A stretch of 64,000 bases of DNA from an uncultured Verrucomicrobiota bacterium (GTDB lineage: Bacteria; Verrucomicrobiota; Verrucomicrobiia; Limisphaerales; JADLHS01), in assembly GCA_903828255.1 (NCBI GenBank), contig CAIKLQ010000829.1:7824-71823 (forward strand), read 5' to 3'. Shown here in pieces: positions 36,801 through 46,169 of the stretch. Made by a program: the position numbers and the translations under genes. The first letter of the stretch is position 1. Each line of letters starts with the position of its first letter. The notes below the pieces were generated by a model that ran no database searches, was not told where the DNA came from, and worked only from the letters and a program-made list of their open reading frames with translations.

Positions 36801-37336
36801 CGCCGCAGCCCGACGGCTTGTGGCGCGTGGCGTTCGACGGCCTGCGCGCCTATCCCACGAGCAAGGGCGAGGATCGCTATCGGCGCGGCCTCTACACTGT
36901 CTGGCGACGCACGATTCCGTATCCCAGCATGACGACGTTCGATGCGCCTAGCCGCGAAAGTTGCACGTTCCGCCGTTTGCCCACGAACACGCCCCTGCAA
37001 GCTTACGTCACGTTGAACGACCCCGTTTATGTGGAAGCGGCGCAGGCGTTGGCGCGGCGGCTAATCGCGGAAGGCGGGACAACGGTGGAAAACCGAATCC
37101 GTTTCGGCTTGAATTTGGTGTTGGCGCGGCCCGCGACTCCAGCGCAAATCGCGGAACTGAAGAAGTTGTTTGAGTCCGAGTTGGCGCATTATCGCGACCA
37201 CGAAGCAGACGCCGCGAAGCTGGCAACCGAACCTCTCGGGCCATTGCCGGACGGCTTGAGTTCGACCGAAGCGGCGGCCTGGACGGTCGTCGCCAATGTG
37301 TTGTTGAACCTAGACGGGGTTTTGACGAAAAGCTGA
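33860..37336 (+). CDS. PSCyt1/DUF1549/DUF1553 (PSD1) protein with F5/8 type C (discoidin) domain
   Basis: The cytochrome-like motif [32 protein letters not shown] is present, along with a DUF1549-like [28 protein letters not shown], a discoidin-like RAIDGNTDG...NPWWEIDLG and a DUF1553-like C-terminus. The start is ATG 33860. Confidence 0.85.
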   Translation: [1158 protein letters not shown]

Positions 37337-37337
37337 C

Positions 37338-38813
37338 ATGAACTCGCTAAATCTCCACCTCGCCCACACCCGCGCATTGACGCGCCGGCATTTTTTTGCG
37401 CGCGCCGGTCTGAGCCTGGGCGGACTGGCGTTGGGCGGTTTGTTCGCGCGCAATGGCGGGGCGGCGGTGTCAGGTCGCGCTGTGGCGGCCGCCAATCCGC
37501 TGGCGGTGAAACCCACCATGATTCCAGCGAAAGCAAAGTCCATTATTTACCTCCACATGGCAGGTGCGCCGCCTTCGCTGGATTTGTTCGATTACAAGCC
37601 GAAGCTGAACGAACTGCACATGCAGCCGTGCCCGGAGTCGTTGCTCAAAGGCCAGCGGTTCGCGTTTATCAAAGGCGTGCCGAAGATGCTCGGCTCGCCG
37701 CACAAGTTTAAGCAATACGGCAAAGGTGGCGCGTGGGTTAGCGACATCCTGCCGCACATGGCGAAGGTCGTGGACGACATCTGCATTGTGAAGTCGTGCT
37801 GGACGGATCAATTCAATCACGCGCCGGCTGAGCTGTTTTTGTTCACCGGCTTGCAGCGCCCTGGCAACGCCTCGCTCGGCTCGTGGGTCACCTACGGTTT
37901 GGGCAGCGAGAATCAAGACCTGCCGGGCTTCATCGTGCTGTCCAGCGGCGGCTCGGATCCGAGCGGCGGCAAAAACCTTTGGAGCAGCGGGTTTCTGCCG
38001 AGCGTTTATCAGGGTGTGCAGTGCCGCACGTCCGGCGAGCCGATTCTTTACGCCAACGATCCGCCGGGCATGGACCGGGCGAGCCGCCGTCGCAGTCTGG
38101 ACGCGTTGCGCCAGTTGAATGAAGCCGAGGCGAAGCTCTACGGGGATCCGGAAACCGTGACGCGCATCGAACAATACGAACTCGCCTATCGCATGCAGAT
38201 CAGCGTACCGGAGATTTTTGACATCTCGAAGGAGCCGACCGCGGTCCGCGAATCGTATGGCGCCAAGCCGGGGGAAGGGGGCTTCGCCAACAACTGCCTG
38301 TTGGCGCGCCGGTTGGTCGAGAAGGGCGTGCGTTTCGTGCAACTCTTTGACTGGGGCTGGGACATGCACGGGACGGCCAAGGACAACGACCTTGTCACGG
38401 GGCTGCCGCAGAAATGCCGCGACATTGACCAGGCGTACGGCGCGCTCATCACCGACTTGAAACAGCGCGGTTTGCTCGATCAAACGCTGGTCGTCTGGGG
38501 CGGCGAATTTGGACGCACTCCCATGAATGAAGCCCGCAACGGCTCAACCTTCCTTGGGCGCGACCACCATCCGAATTGTTTCACGATGGTGCTGGCCGGC
38601 GGCGGCATCAAACCCGGAATCACTTACGGCGAGACCGACGAATTCGGCTACAACGTCGTCAGCGACAAAGTGAGCGTGCGTGATTTGCAGGAGACGATTC
38701 TCCATCAACTCGGCTTCGACGCCCGGCGCTTGAGTTTTCCATATCTGGGCCTCAACCAGCGCCTGATTGGCCCGACGGAGGAGGCGCAGTTGGTCAAGGG
38801 GATTTTGGCGTAG
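37338..38813 (+). CDS. DUF1501 (sulfatase-fold) protein with Tat-like signal
   Basis: TRRHFFARAGLSLGGLALGG is present, with a conserved C-terminus WGGEFGRTP..GRDHHP. This is the canonical partner of the upstream PSD1 protein, and its start is 1 nt after that gene's stop. Confidence 0.9.
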   Translation: MNSLNLHLAHTRALTRRHFFARAGLSLGGLALGGLFARNGGAAVSGRAVAAANPLAVKPTMIPAKAKSIIYLHMAGAPPSLDLFDYKPKLNELHMQPCPESLLKGQRFAFIKGVPKMLGSPHKFKQYGKGGAWVSDILPHMAKVVDDICIVKSCWTDQFNHAPAELFLFTGLQRPGNASLGSWVTYGLGSENQDLPGFIVLSSGGSDPSGGKNLWSSGFLPSVYQGVQCRTSGEPILYANDPPGMDRASRRRSLDALRQLNEAEAKLYGDPETVTRIEQYELAYRMQISVPEIFDISKEPTAVRESYGAKPGEGGFANNCLLARRLVEKGVRFVQLFDWGWDMHGTAKDNDLVTGLPQKCRDIDQAYGALITDLKQRGLLDQTLVVWGGEFGRTPMNEARNGSTFLGRDHHPNCFTMVLAGGGIKPGITYGETDEFGYNVVSDKVSVRDLQETILHQLGFDARRLSFPYLGLNQRLIGPTEEAQLVKGILA

Positions 38814-38832
38814 GACCGGCGTTGCGCCGGTC
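38814..38832. terminator. short GC stem-loop between convergent genes
   Basis: gaccggc-gttgc-gccggtc forms a 7-bp stem. The flanking T content is modest. Confidence 0.3.
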
Positions 38833-38839
38833 TCAGATT

Positions 38840-40516
38840 TCACGGCTTCAGGTTCGATCGGTTCGCTCGCTTGTGGCGGACGGATTTTGTCAGCCGGGGC
38901 CACAAGACCACGGCCAGCACCGCGACGCAACTCCACCCGAACCAATCGCCGTGGCGATTGTAAAAAGTTGGCGCGCGTTTTTCGCCGGGTGTGAGCACTG
39001 GGATTTGCACTGTCATCGCACCCGCGCCATACACGCTGCCGTTCGCGTCGCGAAAGACCTGCCGCATCACGCCACGCGAATCAATCCAGCAGGTGAGGCC
39101 GTTGTTGCAGCAGCGCACGAGCGGCACCCGGTTTTCCACCGCGCGAAAGGCCGCGCTGGCGGCGTGCTGCCATTGCTCCGCGCCCTCGCCAAACCAGCCG
39201 TCGTTGGTCAGGTTCACGAGGAAATCCGTGTCGTCCTTCACGTACTCCGGCACGAGGTGCGGGAAGACGTCCTCGAAACAGATTAGCGTGGCGATGCGGA
39301 TCGGAGCGCGAAGCTCCCGCTCCGCGGGTTGGGATTCGGCGTTCGTACTGCGCAGAGCCGGAGCGCTGCGCTCCAACGCGAACGGCACCGGCCGGTCGCC
39401 CGCCGTGAAGCCACCGGTGATGGGCGTGAACCATTTGATGAACGGCAGCCAGCGGATGAGCGGAATGTATTCCCCAAAGATGACGAGCTTTTGTTTGCGG
39501 TAAGTGGTCAGCAAGCGGCCCTCCGGGTCGAACAGAAAGGCGCTGTTGAACACGTCGTAATCATCCTTGCTCGCGGGTGGATTGCGCCATTGCGATTCGT
39601 CAGCGCCCAAGATCATCCAGACGCGCTGCGCCCGCACGAGGTTCGTGATAGTGATAAAACTGGCCTCGTCAAATTGCGGGAGCGCGGCCTCGGGCCAGAG
39701 CAGCAGGTCGGTTTCATTCGTCAACGCCCGCACGGAAAGCTCCACCACCTGGCGAAAGCGATTGGTGTTTTCGCTTTGATTCCAAATCATCGTCTGCGGA
39801 ATGCTCGGCTGGATCAGAGTCACGCGAAACGTCGGCGCTTCGAGGGTTGCTTCGCGCAAGCGGCCCATTCCGAAGGCGAACCCCCCGACCAGCACGCCGA
39901 GCGGCAAAATGATTTCGCCGAGCCAGGCGTAACGATTGGTGGGTTGACGCAGCAAGGCCACCGTGGCAGAGCACAGCGAGAGCGAAACCCACACGGCCAG
40001 GAACGAAACCCCATACACACCGGTGACGGCCGCGATCTGGATGAGGGGCAGCAGGCGGAACTGGGAATTGCCGAGAATGAGCCAGGGAAAACCGCTGAAC
40101 AAACGAGACACGATCATTTCCAGCGCCACCCAAATCGCCGCGCCCGCCAGCGACCACAACGTGCGCCGCGCCCAGCTTCCCGCGCCAATTTTTCCGGCGA
40201 GCAACCACACCCACGTTGCCGGATAAAGCGCGAGATACGCGCTCAAGGCGAGCCACCCAAGAATTGGATAGCCAGTCACGGGAATGAGCCACAGCCAGTA
40301 CAGCGCCGCGAGATAAAACCCGAGCCCGGCCACGAAGCCGAGACGGAAGCGCTCCAAGCCGGTGGTGTTCCATGCCGCCGCAAGCATCAACGCCGGGGCC
40401 ACCCAAGCACAGCCTGCGATGCCCACGCCCGGAAACGCCGCCGCCAAAAGCAAACCCGCCAGCGCCGCCGGCACATAGCGGCTGCGGATAAGAAGCTGGT
40501 GGAGAAAGTTTTTCAA
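38840..40516 (-). CDS. lnt: apolipoprotein N-acyltransferase
   Basis: The N-terminal half is multi-TM. The C-terminal half is a nitrilase-fold domain with ICFEDVFP, NLTNDGWFGEGAEQWQH and VENRVPLVRCCNNG. Confidence 0.9.
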   Translation of the reverse strand: MKNFLHQLLIRSRYVPAALAGLLLAAAFPGVGIAGCAWVAPALMLAAAWNTTGLERFRLGFVAGLGFYLAALYWLWLIPVTGYPILGWLALSAYLALYPATWVWLLAGKIGAGSWARRTLWSLAGAAIWVALEMIVSRLFSGFPWLILGNSQFRLLPLIQIAAVTGVYGVSFLAVWVSLSLCSATVALLRQPTNRYAWLGEIILPLGVLVGGFAFGMGRLREATLEAPTFRVTLIQPSIPQTMIWNQSENTNRFRQVVELSVRALTNETDLLLWPEAALPQFDEASFITITNLVRAQRVWMILGADESQWRNPPASKDDYDVFNSAFLFDPEGRLLTTYRKQKLVIFGEYIPLIRWLPFIKWFTPITGGFTAGDRPVPFALERSAPALRSTNAESQPAERELRAPIRIATLICFEDVFPHLVPEYVKDDTDFLVNLTNDGWFGEGAEQWQHAASAAFRAVENRVPLVRCCNNGLTCWIDSRGVMRQVFRDANGSVYGAGAMTVQIPVLTPGEKRAPTFYNRHGDWFGWSCVAVLAVVLWPRLTKSVRHKRANRSNLKP

Positions 40517-40630
40517 CGCGCGAAGCGTGGCGAAAAACGGCGGAAAGGCAAGTTCGCGGAGCGCCAGGCGCCGGCTTGGCGCGTTTCCAAGCTGCTGATT
40601 TAACGCGCCGGGCCAGAGGCGGGCGCTCGC

Positions 40631-41656
40631 TCACGAAAACTTCTTCAGCAGCCCTAGCAACCGTTGCTTCACCACGCTTCGATGCGGCGACGCCGCAGCT
40701 TCGGCGGCCAAGCGACCCTTGTTTTGCCCAAACCAATCCCAGCTCTCGCGGAACATTTCGTCGTTCGAGTAGCGTGGCTTCCAGCCGAGTTGCAGGAGCG
40801 GTTGCACGTCGAAATGAAACGCCTTGTGGTAGGTGAGATAGTGCCAGGGCGCGAGCGGGCTGAGGCGCAACCAGTCGAGCACCCGCAGCGTGTTGATCGT
40901 CAATCCCGCAGGCAGGCTCGCGACGCGCGAGGCGGAGCGGGCGTGCATGATCACATGGGCGAGCGCTTCGCGCAGCGTGCCGAAGCGGTCCGTGCCGACG
41001 TTATAGACCCCAGGTTTACCCGCGTCCATCGCGAGCAGGTAGGCGTCCATCAGATCGTGCGCGTGGACAAACTGGAACTTCTGGTTGCCATCGCCAATGA
41101 CGTAAATCTTTCGGTTCTCTTGGATCCATTGGAACAGGATTTGGAAGATCCCAAGCCGGCCTTCGCCAAGAATCGTGCGGGGGCGGATGACGATGAGCGG
41201 GAGCTTCGCTTTAGCGGAAATTTCCCGCACGGCCAGTTCGCCGGCGAGCTTCGCGCGCCCGTAAATCTCGACGGGGCGAAAGGGAGAATCGTTCGTGACC
41301 GGACAATCCGGAGCGCCAAAGATCGCGCTCGAACTCATGTGAATGAAGGTCTTTACGTCGGCCTTCACCGCTTGTTCGGCCGCGATGCGCGATCCTTCCA
41401 CGTTCACTGACCAGAATTCCGCCCCCGCTTTCGTCAACGGCACGAGCGCGACGTTGTGATGCACCACGTCCATGCCTTTCATGGCGCGGGCGACGCCGGC
41501 GGCGTCACGGATGTCGCACTTTACGAATTCAATTTCCTTGGGGCGCGACCGGTCTTCCCAAACGTCGAGGATGCGGACCTGCTCGCCGCGCGCATGAAGT
41601 CGGCGGGCAATGAGGTTGCCGAGAAAGCCTGAGCCGCCGGTGATAAGATGTTTCAT
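40631..41656 (-). CDS. NAD-dependent epimerase/dehydratase (extended SDR)
   Basis: MKHLITGGSGFLGNLIARRL is present, with the YGRAK catalytic Y-x3-K. The start is either 41656 or 41671. Confidence 0.85.
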   Translation of the reverse strand: MKHLITGGSGFLGNLIARRLHARGEQVRILDVWEDRSRPKEIEFVKCDIRDAAGVARAMKGMDVVHHNVALVPLTKAGAEFWSVNVEGSRIAAEQAVKADVKTFIHMSSSAIFGAPDCPVTNDSPFRPVEIYGRAKLAGELAVREISAKAKLPLIVIRPRTILGEGRLGIFQILFQWIQENRKIYVIGDGNQKFQFVHAHDLMDAYLLAMDAGKPGVYNVGTDRFGTLREALAHVIMHARSASRVASLPAGLTINTLRVLDWLRLSPLAPWHYLTYHKAFHFDVQPLLQLGWKPRYSNDEMFRESWDWFGQNKGRLAAEAAASPHRSVVKQRLLGLLKKFS

Positions 41657-41660
41657 GGAT

Positions 41661-42722
41661 TTAATTTCCAATGGTCTGTCCGTTTTCCGCGCACCATTTG
41701 AGCGAGCGTCTCATGCCCTCTTCGAGAGCGATGGTGGGGTTGTAGCCCAGTTCCCGCTCCGCGCGAGCCACGGAGCAGGCGATGGTTTTGTTCATCTCCG
41801 AGAGCACATGGATTTTCTGATGATAAAGTCCGACCGCCTGAAGGGTCTGGTCCGCGAGCCACGCGACTTCGCTGGCGAGGCCGGGCAGGCGCATCCGCTT
41901 GTGCGCGCAACGCTGGCCGAACTCGGTTTCGAGCAAGCGCTCGATGGTGTCAATGACCGCGTTCATGGTGTAGGGCTGGCGATCCGCAATCCAATAGACT
42001 TGTCCCGCCGCCCGCTCGGTCATTGCGGCCAGCATGAGGCCCTGGCAGAGATTGTCCACATAAGCCATCGAACGGAGGTTGTCGCCGCGGCCGACAATCG
42101 GTGCTTTGCCGTCACGGATCATTTGGAAGAACAGGGTCTGGCGCGGCGGCTGGTTCGGCCCGTAAAACCACGGTGCGCGGGTGATGACCGTCTCGATCCT
42201 GGAAGCGCGTTCGCGGACGGCGAGTTCCATCTCCATCTTCGAGCGGCCGTAATTCAGGTAAGGATTGAAGGGCGAAAGCTCATCGAACAAATGGTCCGGG
42301 TGCGGATTGCAGCCGCAAGGCGAGTTGGAGGAAACGATCACCGCGCGCTTCACGCCGGCGGGGATGGCGGCATCCAGAAGTTTCGCCGTGCCATCGCGGT
42401 TGATCGCGAAAAATTCCGAGACGCGCTTCGGGTGGATGATGCCTGCCGTGTGAAAAAGGGTAGCCCCTTTGGCATCGCAACAGAACTTGGCGCAATCCTC
42501 CGCGCTGCGAATATCGCCGGTGACGATCTCGATGCGCGCGGAGAGCTTTTTCAGCGCCGCGCCATTCTGGCCGGGAAGTATCAGTGTGCGGATGCGCAAA
42601 TCCTTTTGCGGCTCGCGCAACGCCGCGTGCTCCGGCAGACCGCGCACGAGCGAGGCGACCAGCCGCGAACCAAGCCAACCGGCGGCACCGGTCACGAGAA
42701 CGAGAGGGTGGTTCAGATTCAT
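41661..42722 (-). CDS. NAD-dependent epimerase/dehydratase (extended SDR)
   Basis: VLVTGAAGWLGSRLV and YGRSK are present. The gene is tightly packed with its neighbours. Confidence 0.85.
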   Translation of the reverse strand: MNLNHPLVLVTGAAGWLGSRLVASLVRGLPEHAALREPQKDLRIRTLILPGQNGAALKKLSARIEIVTGDIRSAEDCAKFCCDAKGATLFHTAGIIHPKRVSEFFAINRDGTAKLLDAAIPAGVKRAVIVSSNSPCGCNPHPDHLFDELSPFNPYLNYGRSKMEMELAVRERASRIETVITRAPWFYGPNQPPRQTLFFQMIRDGKAPIVGRGDNLRSMAYVDNLCQGLMLAAMTERAAGQVYWIADRQPYTMNAVIDTIERLLETEFGQRCAHKRMRLPGLASEVAWLADQTLQAVGLYHQKIHVLSEMNKTIACSVARAERELGYNPTIALEEGMRRSLKWCAENGQTIGN

Positions 42723-42725
42723 GGA

Positions 42726-44612
42726 TTAGAGTTGTCCGAGAAATTGGAGCGTGTTTCGCCGGGCGATGGCCATTATCGAGCCTTGCGGATTTACGCCGGG
42801 GGCGGTGCAGAGCAGGCTCGCGTCATTCACAAAAAGATTCTTGAAGCCGTGAACCCGACCGAACGAATCCGTCGCGCACTGGTCACGGGCTTCGCCCATC
42901 GGGCACGAGCTGAAAAGATGAATGGTCATCAAGTTTGCCATTCCATCGGGCAACAAGTCCGGAAGTTTGCGCAGGCAACCGCCGCTCCGCAACACCGGCC
43001 CGCGCGTCAGGCTGGGATAGAGTTCCGTTGCTCCGGACGCGAACAAAATCTGCGCGAGTTTACGCAGACCGTCGCCCAGATTGGCGCGGTCCGTGGCGGT
43101 CAGTTTGTATCGCACCAGTGGATCGCGAAAGCCGGGCAGTGGGCGGACCGTGCCGCGGCCTTCGCTGGTTATCATCGTGTAGTAGATGGCGGTGCGCTGC
43201 CAGGCTTGCGCGGTTTCCTGCGCGGCGGCCGGATGGTCAATCAATCCCAGCGCGACGTAGGCCGGCGAACTGATCGAGCAGCCGAAGCTGAGTCGCGGCG
43301 AAAACTCTTTGACCTGATGCACCGGCACGCCCATGTCGGCGGCGTTCACCGCTTCGGGAAACCGGGCCACGATCTTCACTGTGGGGTGAACTTGGAGCGA
43401 ATCTCCGACGTTGCGCGTGATGTGACTGCGCCGGAGGAGGGCAGGGGACTGAACCGCCCCAGCGCATACGAACAAATTCTCCGCCGCGATTTCGATGTGG
43501 TTTACTTGTCCGTGAAGCGTATCCACGAGCCAACCATTGCCGGCTGGGCGAAACTGGAGCGCCCGGGTCTGCGGCAGCAGCCTCCCGCCTGCTTTGAGGA
43601 AACGCGGGATGTAGGTTTCCGTCATGGACTGGCGGCTGCCTGAGCCGTCGGCCAAGTACCGGAACCAGCGCGGCACTTCGAGCGACTTCCAGCCCAGCTT
43701 GGTCGCGCCGTCGTGCAGCTTCAACGAAGCCGGCGGCGGCGGCCCTGGGAGCAGTGACACGGAAACGTCGCGTTCGCAGGCTTCAAAATGCGGTAGCAAT
43801 TCAGACTCCGTGAGCGCTTGGACGCGGAACTCCTTTCGCCAGCGTTCGAGAATTTCAGGCGGCGGGCGGTGGTAAAGGCCGCTGTTGATTTCGCTGCCAC
43901 CGCCGACGCAACGGCCTTCCACGTAGGCGATCTTGTTCCGGCCGAGCGCAACGGTCTGTCCGCCGCTGCGGTACTTTTGCCGCATTTCGGTTCTGGAAAA
44001 CGGCGCGCAGGAACTGAGCGGCAAGTGCTCGCCTTCTTCGATCAACAGGACATCGCGGCCGGCTTCGGCCAGCAGGCAGGCGGTGATGGCGCCGCCGGGG
44101 CCGGAGCCAACGACGACGATTTCGGCGCGCAGTTCTCGGGGCGGAGCGCGGAACTCCAATTCTGCGCGTTGGTGGCGGCTTTCATACTCGCGCAGAGCTG
44201 GAGTTCTGCGCTCCGACTCGCGGCTATAAAGCGCCAAGGTGGCAAGACTCTCGAAGTAGCGGATCAGGTCGCGCTGGAAACCGATGCCGGAATTCCGCCA
44301 CGCCGTGATTTGTTGCGCGCGTTTGCCCAAAGGCTGTTGGTGAAACGGCATCCCGCCTTTCACCGCGCCAAAAGAATCAAAGCCCAATGTTGCGAGCAGC
44401 ATCGGCCCGCGCAGGTAGTCTGGCATCTGCGCGTGCTGCGTAAGAATAAACTGCGTGAGGTCATTGTGGGGCGGCGCAAGCTCTGGCGCCTTCTGGTGCG
44501 GCTGTGCCAGCGAATAGGCCAGCGCGGAAACGGTGTCGTGAAACCAGTTGGAAGGGCGAAGATTCATCGAAGCCCACTGGCGGAGCAGTGGATGGACAAA
44601 TTCATGGAACAT
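42726..44612 (-). CDS. GMC-family FAD oxidoreductase with ~165-aa N-terminal extension
   Basis: The FAD motif VVVGSGPGGAITACLLAEAGRDVLLIEEG is present. The GMC C-terminal region is NLFVNDASLLCTAPGVNPQGSIMAIA. Confidence 0.8.
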   Translation of the reverse strand: MFHEFVHPLLRQWASMNLRPSNWFHDTVSALAYSLAQPHQKAPELAPPHNDLTQFILTQHAQMPDYLRGPMLLATLGFDSFGAVKGGMPFHQQPLGKRAQQITAWRNSGIGFQRDLIRYFESLATLALYSRESERRTPALREYESRHQRAELEFRAPPRELRAEIVVVGSGPGGAITACLLAEAGRDVLLIEEGEHLPLSSCAPFSRTEMRQKYRSGGQTVALGRNKIAYVEGRCVGGGSEINSGLYHRPPPEILERWRKEFRVQALTESELLPHFEACERDVSVSLLPGPPPPASLKLHDGATKLGWKSLEVPRWFRYLADGSGSRQSMTETYIPRFLKAGGRLLPQTRALQFRPAGNGWLVDTLHGQVNHIEIAAENLFVCAGAVQSPALLRRSHITRNVGDSLQVHPTVKIVARFPEAVNAADMGVPVHQVKEFSPRLSFGCSISSPAYVALGLIDHPAAAQETAQAWQRTAIYYTMITSEGRGTVRPLPGFRDPLVRYKLTATDRANLGDGLRKLAQILFASGATELYPSLTRGPVLRSGGCLRKLPDLLPDGMANLMTIHLFSSCPMGEARDQCATDSFGRVHGFKNLFVNDASLLCTAPGVNPQGSIMAIARRNTLQFLGQL

Positions 44613-44642
44613 TCGACATTCAACATTGAATGTTTCCCCATT

Positions 44643-46100
44643 TCACCTTCCGGTCGCCAGCCACATCACCACCAGCGTTAGCGCGCCGACCGCGTAGCCC
44701 ACCCAATCGCGCACCGCGAAGGCCACCGGGTCATCCTGCATCTGGCCGCGATGCGCGAGAAACCAGACGCGGCTCACCCAGAACAGCAGCAGCGGACAGA
44801 CCAGCAGCAACCGCACCGGCTGGGCGTAGAGTTTTTGCACCTGCGGGCTGTTCACGTATAGCGCGAGGACGAGCACCGCGAGATAGCCGCTCACCAAACC
44901 GAGCGTTGTGACGAGTTCGAGATCCCCCGCCGTGTAGCCGCGCCCCTTCGCCTCGTGGCGGTTTTGTTGCCGCAACGAATGGAGTTCGAGGAAGCGTTTC
45001 AGCAACGCAAGGCTGAGGAAGACGAACATCGAAAACACCAGCAGCCACGGGGAGTATTCAATGCCCGTCGCGACATGTCCCGCGACGAGCCGAAGGGTGT
45101 AAAGGCCGGCCAGCACAAAAACGTCGAGCAATGCGACCTGTTTCAGTCGCAGTGAATAGGCCCCCGCGAGCGCGAAATACAACAACACGACGACGACGAA
45201 TTCTGCGGACAACAACGCTCCCAGTGTCACCGCGGCGAGCAACAGCAGGGGAGCGGCGATCAAACCGAACGGGATCGGCAAGGCTCCGGAAGCAAATGGG
45301 CGATGGCGTTTGGTTGCGTGGTGGCGATCTGCGTCGAGGTCGAGCAGATCGTTGAGCACATAGACCGCACAAGCGCAGAGGCAAAATGCCGCGAAGGCCA
45401 GCGCGGCATGACCGAGAGCGGCGGCATCGCCAAGTTTGTGTGCCGTGAGCACGGGCACAAACACGATCAGGTTCTTCAACCACTGGTGCGGGCGAAAACA
45501 GCGCACCAACGCGGCCAGTGTTGAGTCATGGGTGGGGAAAATCCTGCCGAGTTTGGTCCGCTGGGCCGCGCGCTGGGCCAAAGCCTCGCTCCCGTTGACG
45601 ACGATGGCTGCGCGCGAGCCACTCCACACAGCCAAGTCCACCGACGAATTGCCGGCGTAATCAAATCCGCGTTCGCCGAACCGCTTGGTGAGCGCATCCA
45701 TTTTGGCCTGGGCGCGCAGATTAATTTCCCCATCGCTGGCCATTACCTCCTCGAAAATGCCCAAGTGAGCGGCGACCGGGCGAGCCATCGCCATGTCGGA
45801 GGCTGTGGCCAGAATGAGGCGGCGGCCGGCAGACTTTTGTTCCTTCAACCAGGCAAGAAACGGCTCATTGTAGGGCAGACTCGCCGCGTCCACCTGCACC
45901 CGCCGGCCAAGTTGCTGTTTGAGATGCGCCCGACCGCGCGCCCACCAAAACGGCAGCGCCAGCAGCGCCAGTGGTTTTTTCCGCAGCAGACGGGCGACGG
46001 ATTCCCAGATCATATCGCTGCGGATCAGCGTCCCGTCCAAGTCCACGGCCAGCGGAACGAAAGTTTCGCTGGTGGCAGTTTCTGCGGGCGGCATGCTCAA
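44643..46100 (-). CDS. HAD-IB phosphatase-like domain fused to a UbiA-family prenyltransferase (decaprenyl-phosphate phosphoribosyltransferase-like)
   Basis: The N-terminus has the HAD motif I AVDLDGTLIRSD, plus ILATASD and YAGNSSVDL. The C-terminus is multi-TM with YVLNDLLDLDADRHHATKRHRPFASGAL (NDxxDxxxD). Confidence 0.8.
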   Translation of the reverse strand: MSMPPAETATSETFVPLAVDLDGTLIRSDMIWESVARLLRKKPLALLALPFWWARGRAHLKQQLGRRVQVDAASLPYNEPFLAWLKEQKSAGRRLILATASDMAMARPVAAHLGIFEEVMASDGEINLRAQAKMDALTKRFGERGFDYAGNSSVDLAVWSGSRAAIVVNGSEALAQRAAQRTKLGRIFPTHDSTLAALVRCFRPHQWLKNLIVFVPVLTAHKLGDAAALGHAALAFAAFCLCACAVYVLNDLLDLDADRHHATKRHRPFASGALPIPFGLIAAPLLLLAAVTLGALLSAEFVVVVLLYFALAGAYSLRLKQVALLDVFVLAGLYTLRLVAGHVATGIEYSPWLLVFSMFVFLSLALLKRFLELHSLRQQNRHEAKGRGYTAGDLELVTTLGLVSGYLAVLVLALYVNSPQVQKLYAQPVRLLLVCPLLLFWVSRVWFLAHRGQMQDDPVAFAVRDWVGYAVGALTLVVMWLATGR

Positions 46101-46169
46101 GGCCGCGCAATGTAGCCGACGGCGTTGGCCGTTGACAAGCAGCCGTGATTTGAAAAGCTGTCGCCGCCA

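Noticed and set aside
39329-40603. 424-aa + strand ORF opposite lnt
   Set aside because: Arg/Gln/His-rich nonsense composition. lnt on the minus strand is clear.
41610-43643. 677-aa + strand ORF spanning the SDR and GMC genes
   Set aside because: Shadow ORF across two well-supported minus-strand genes.
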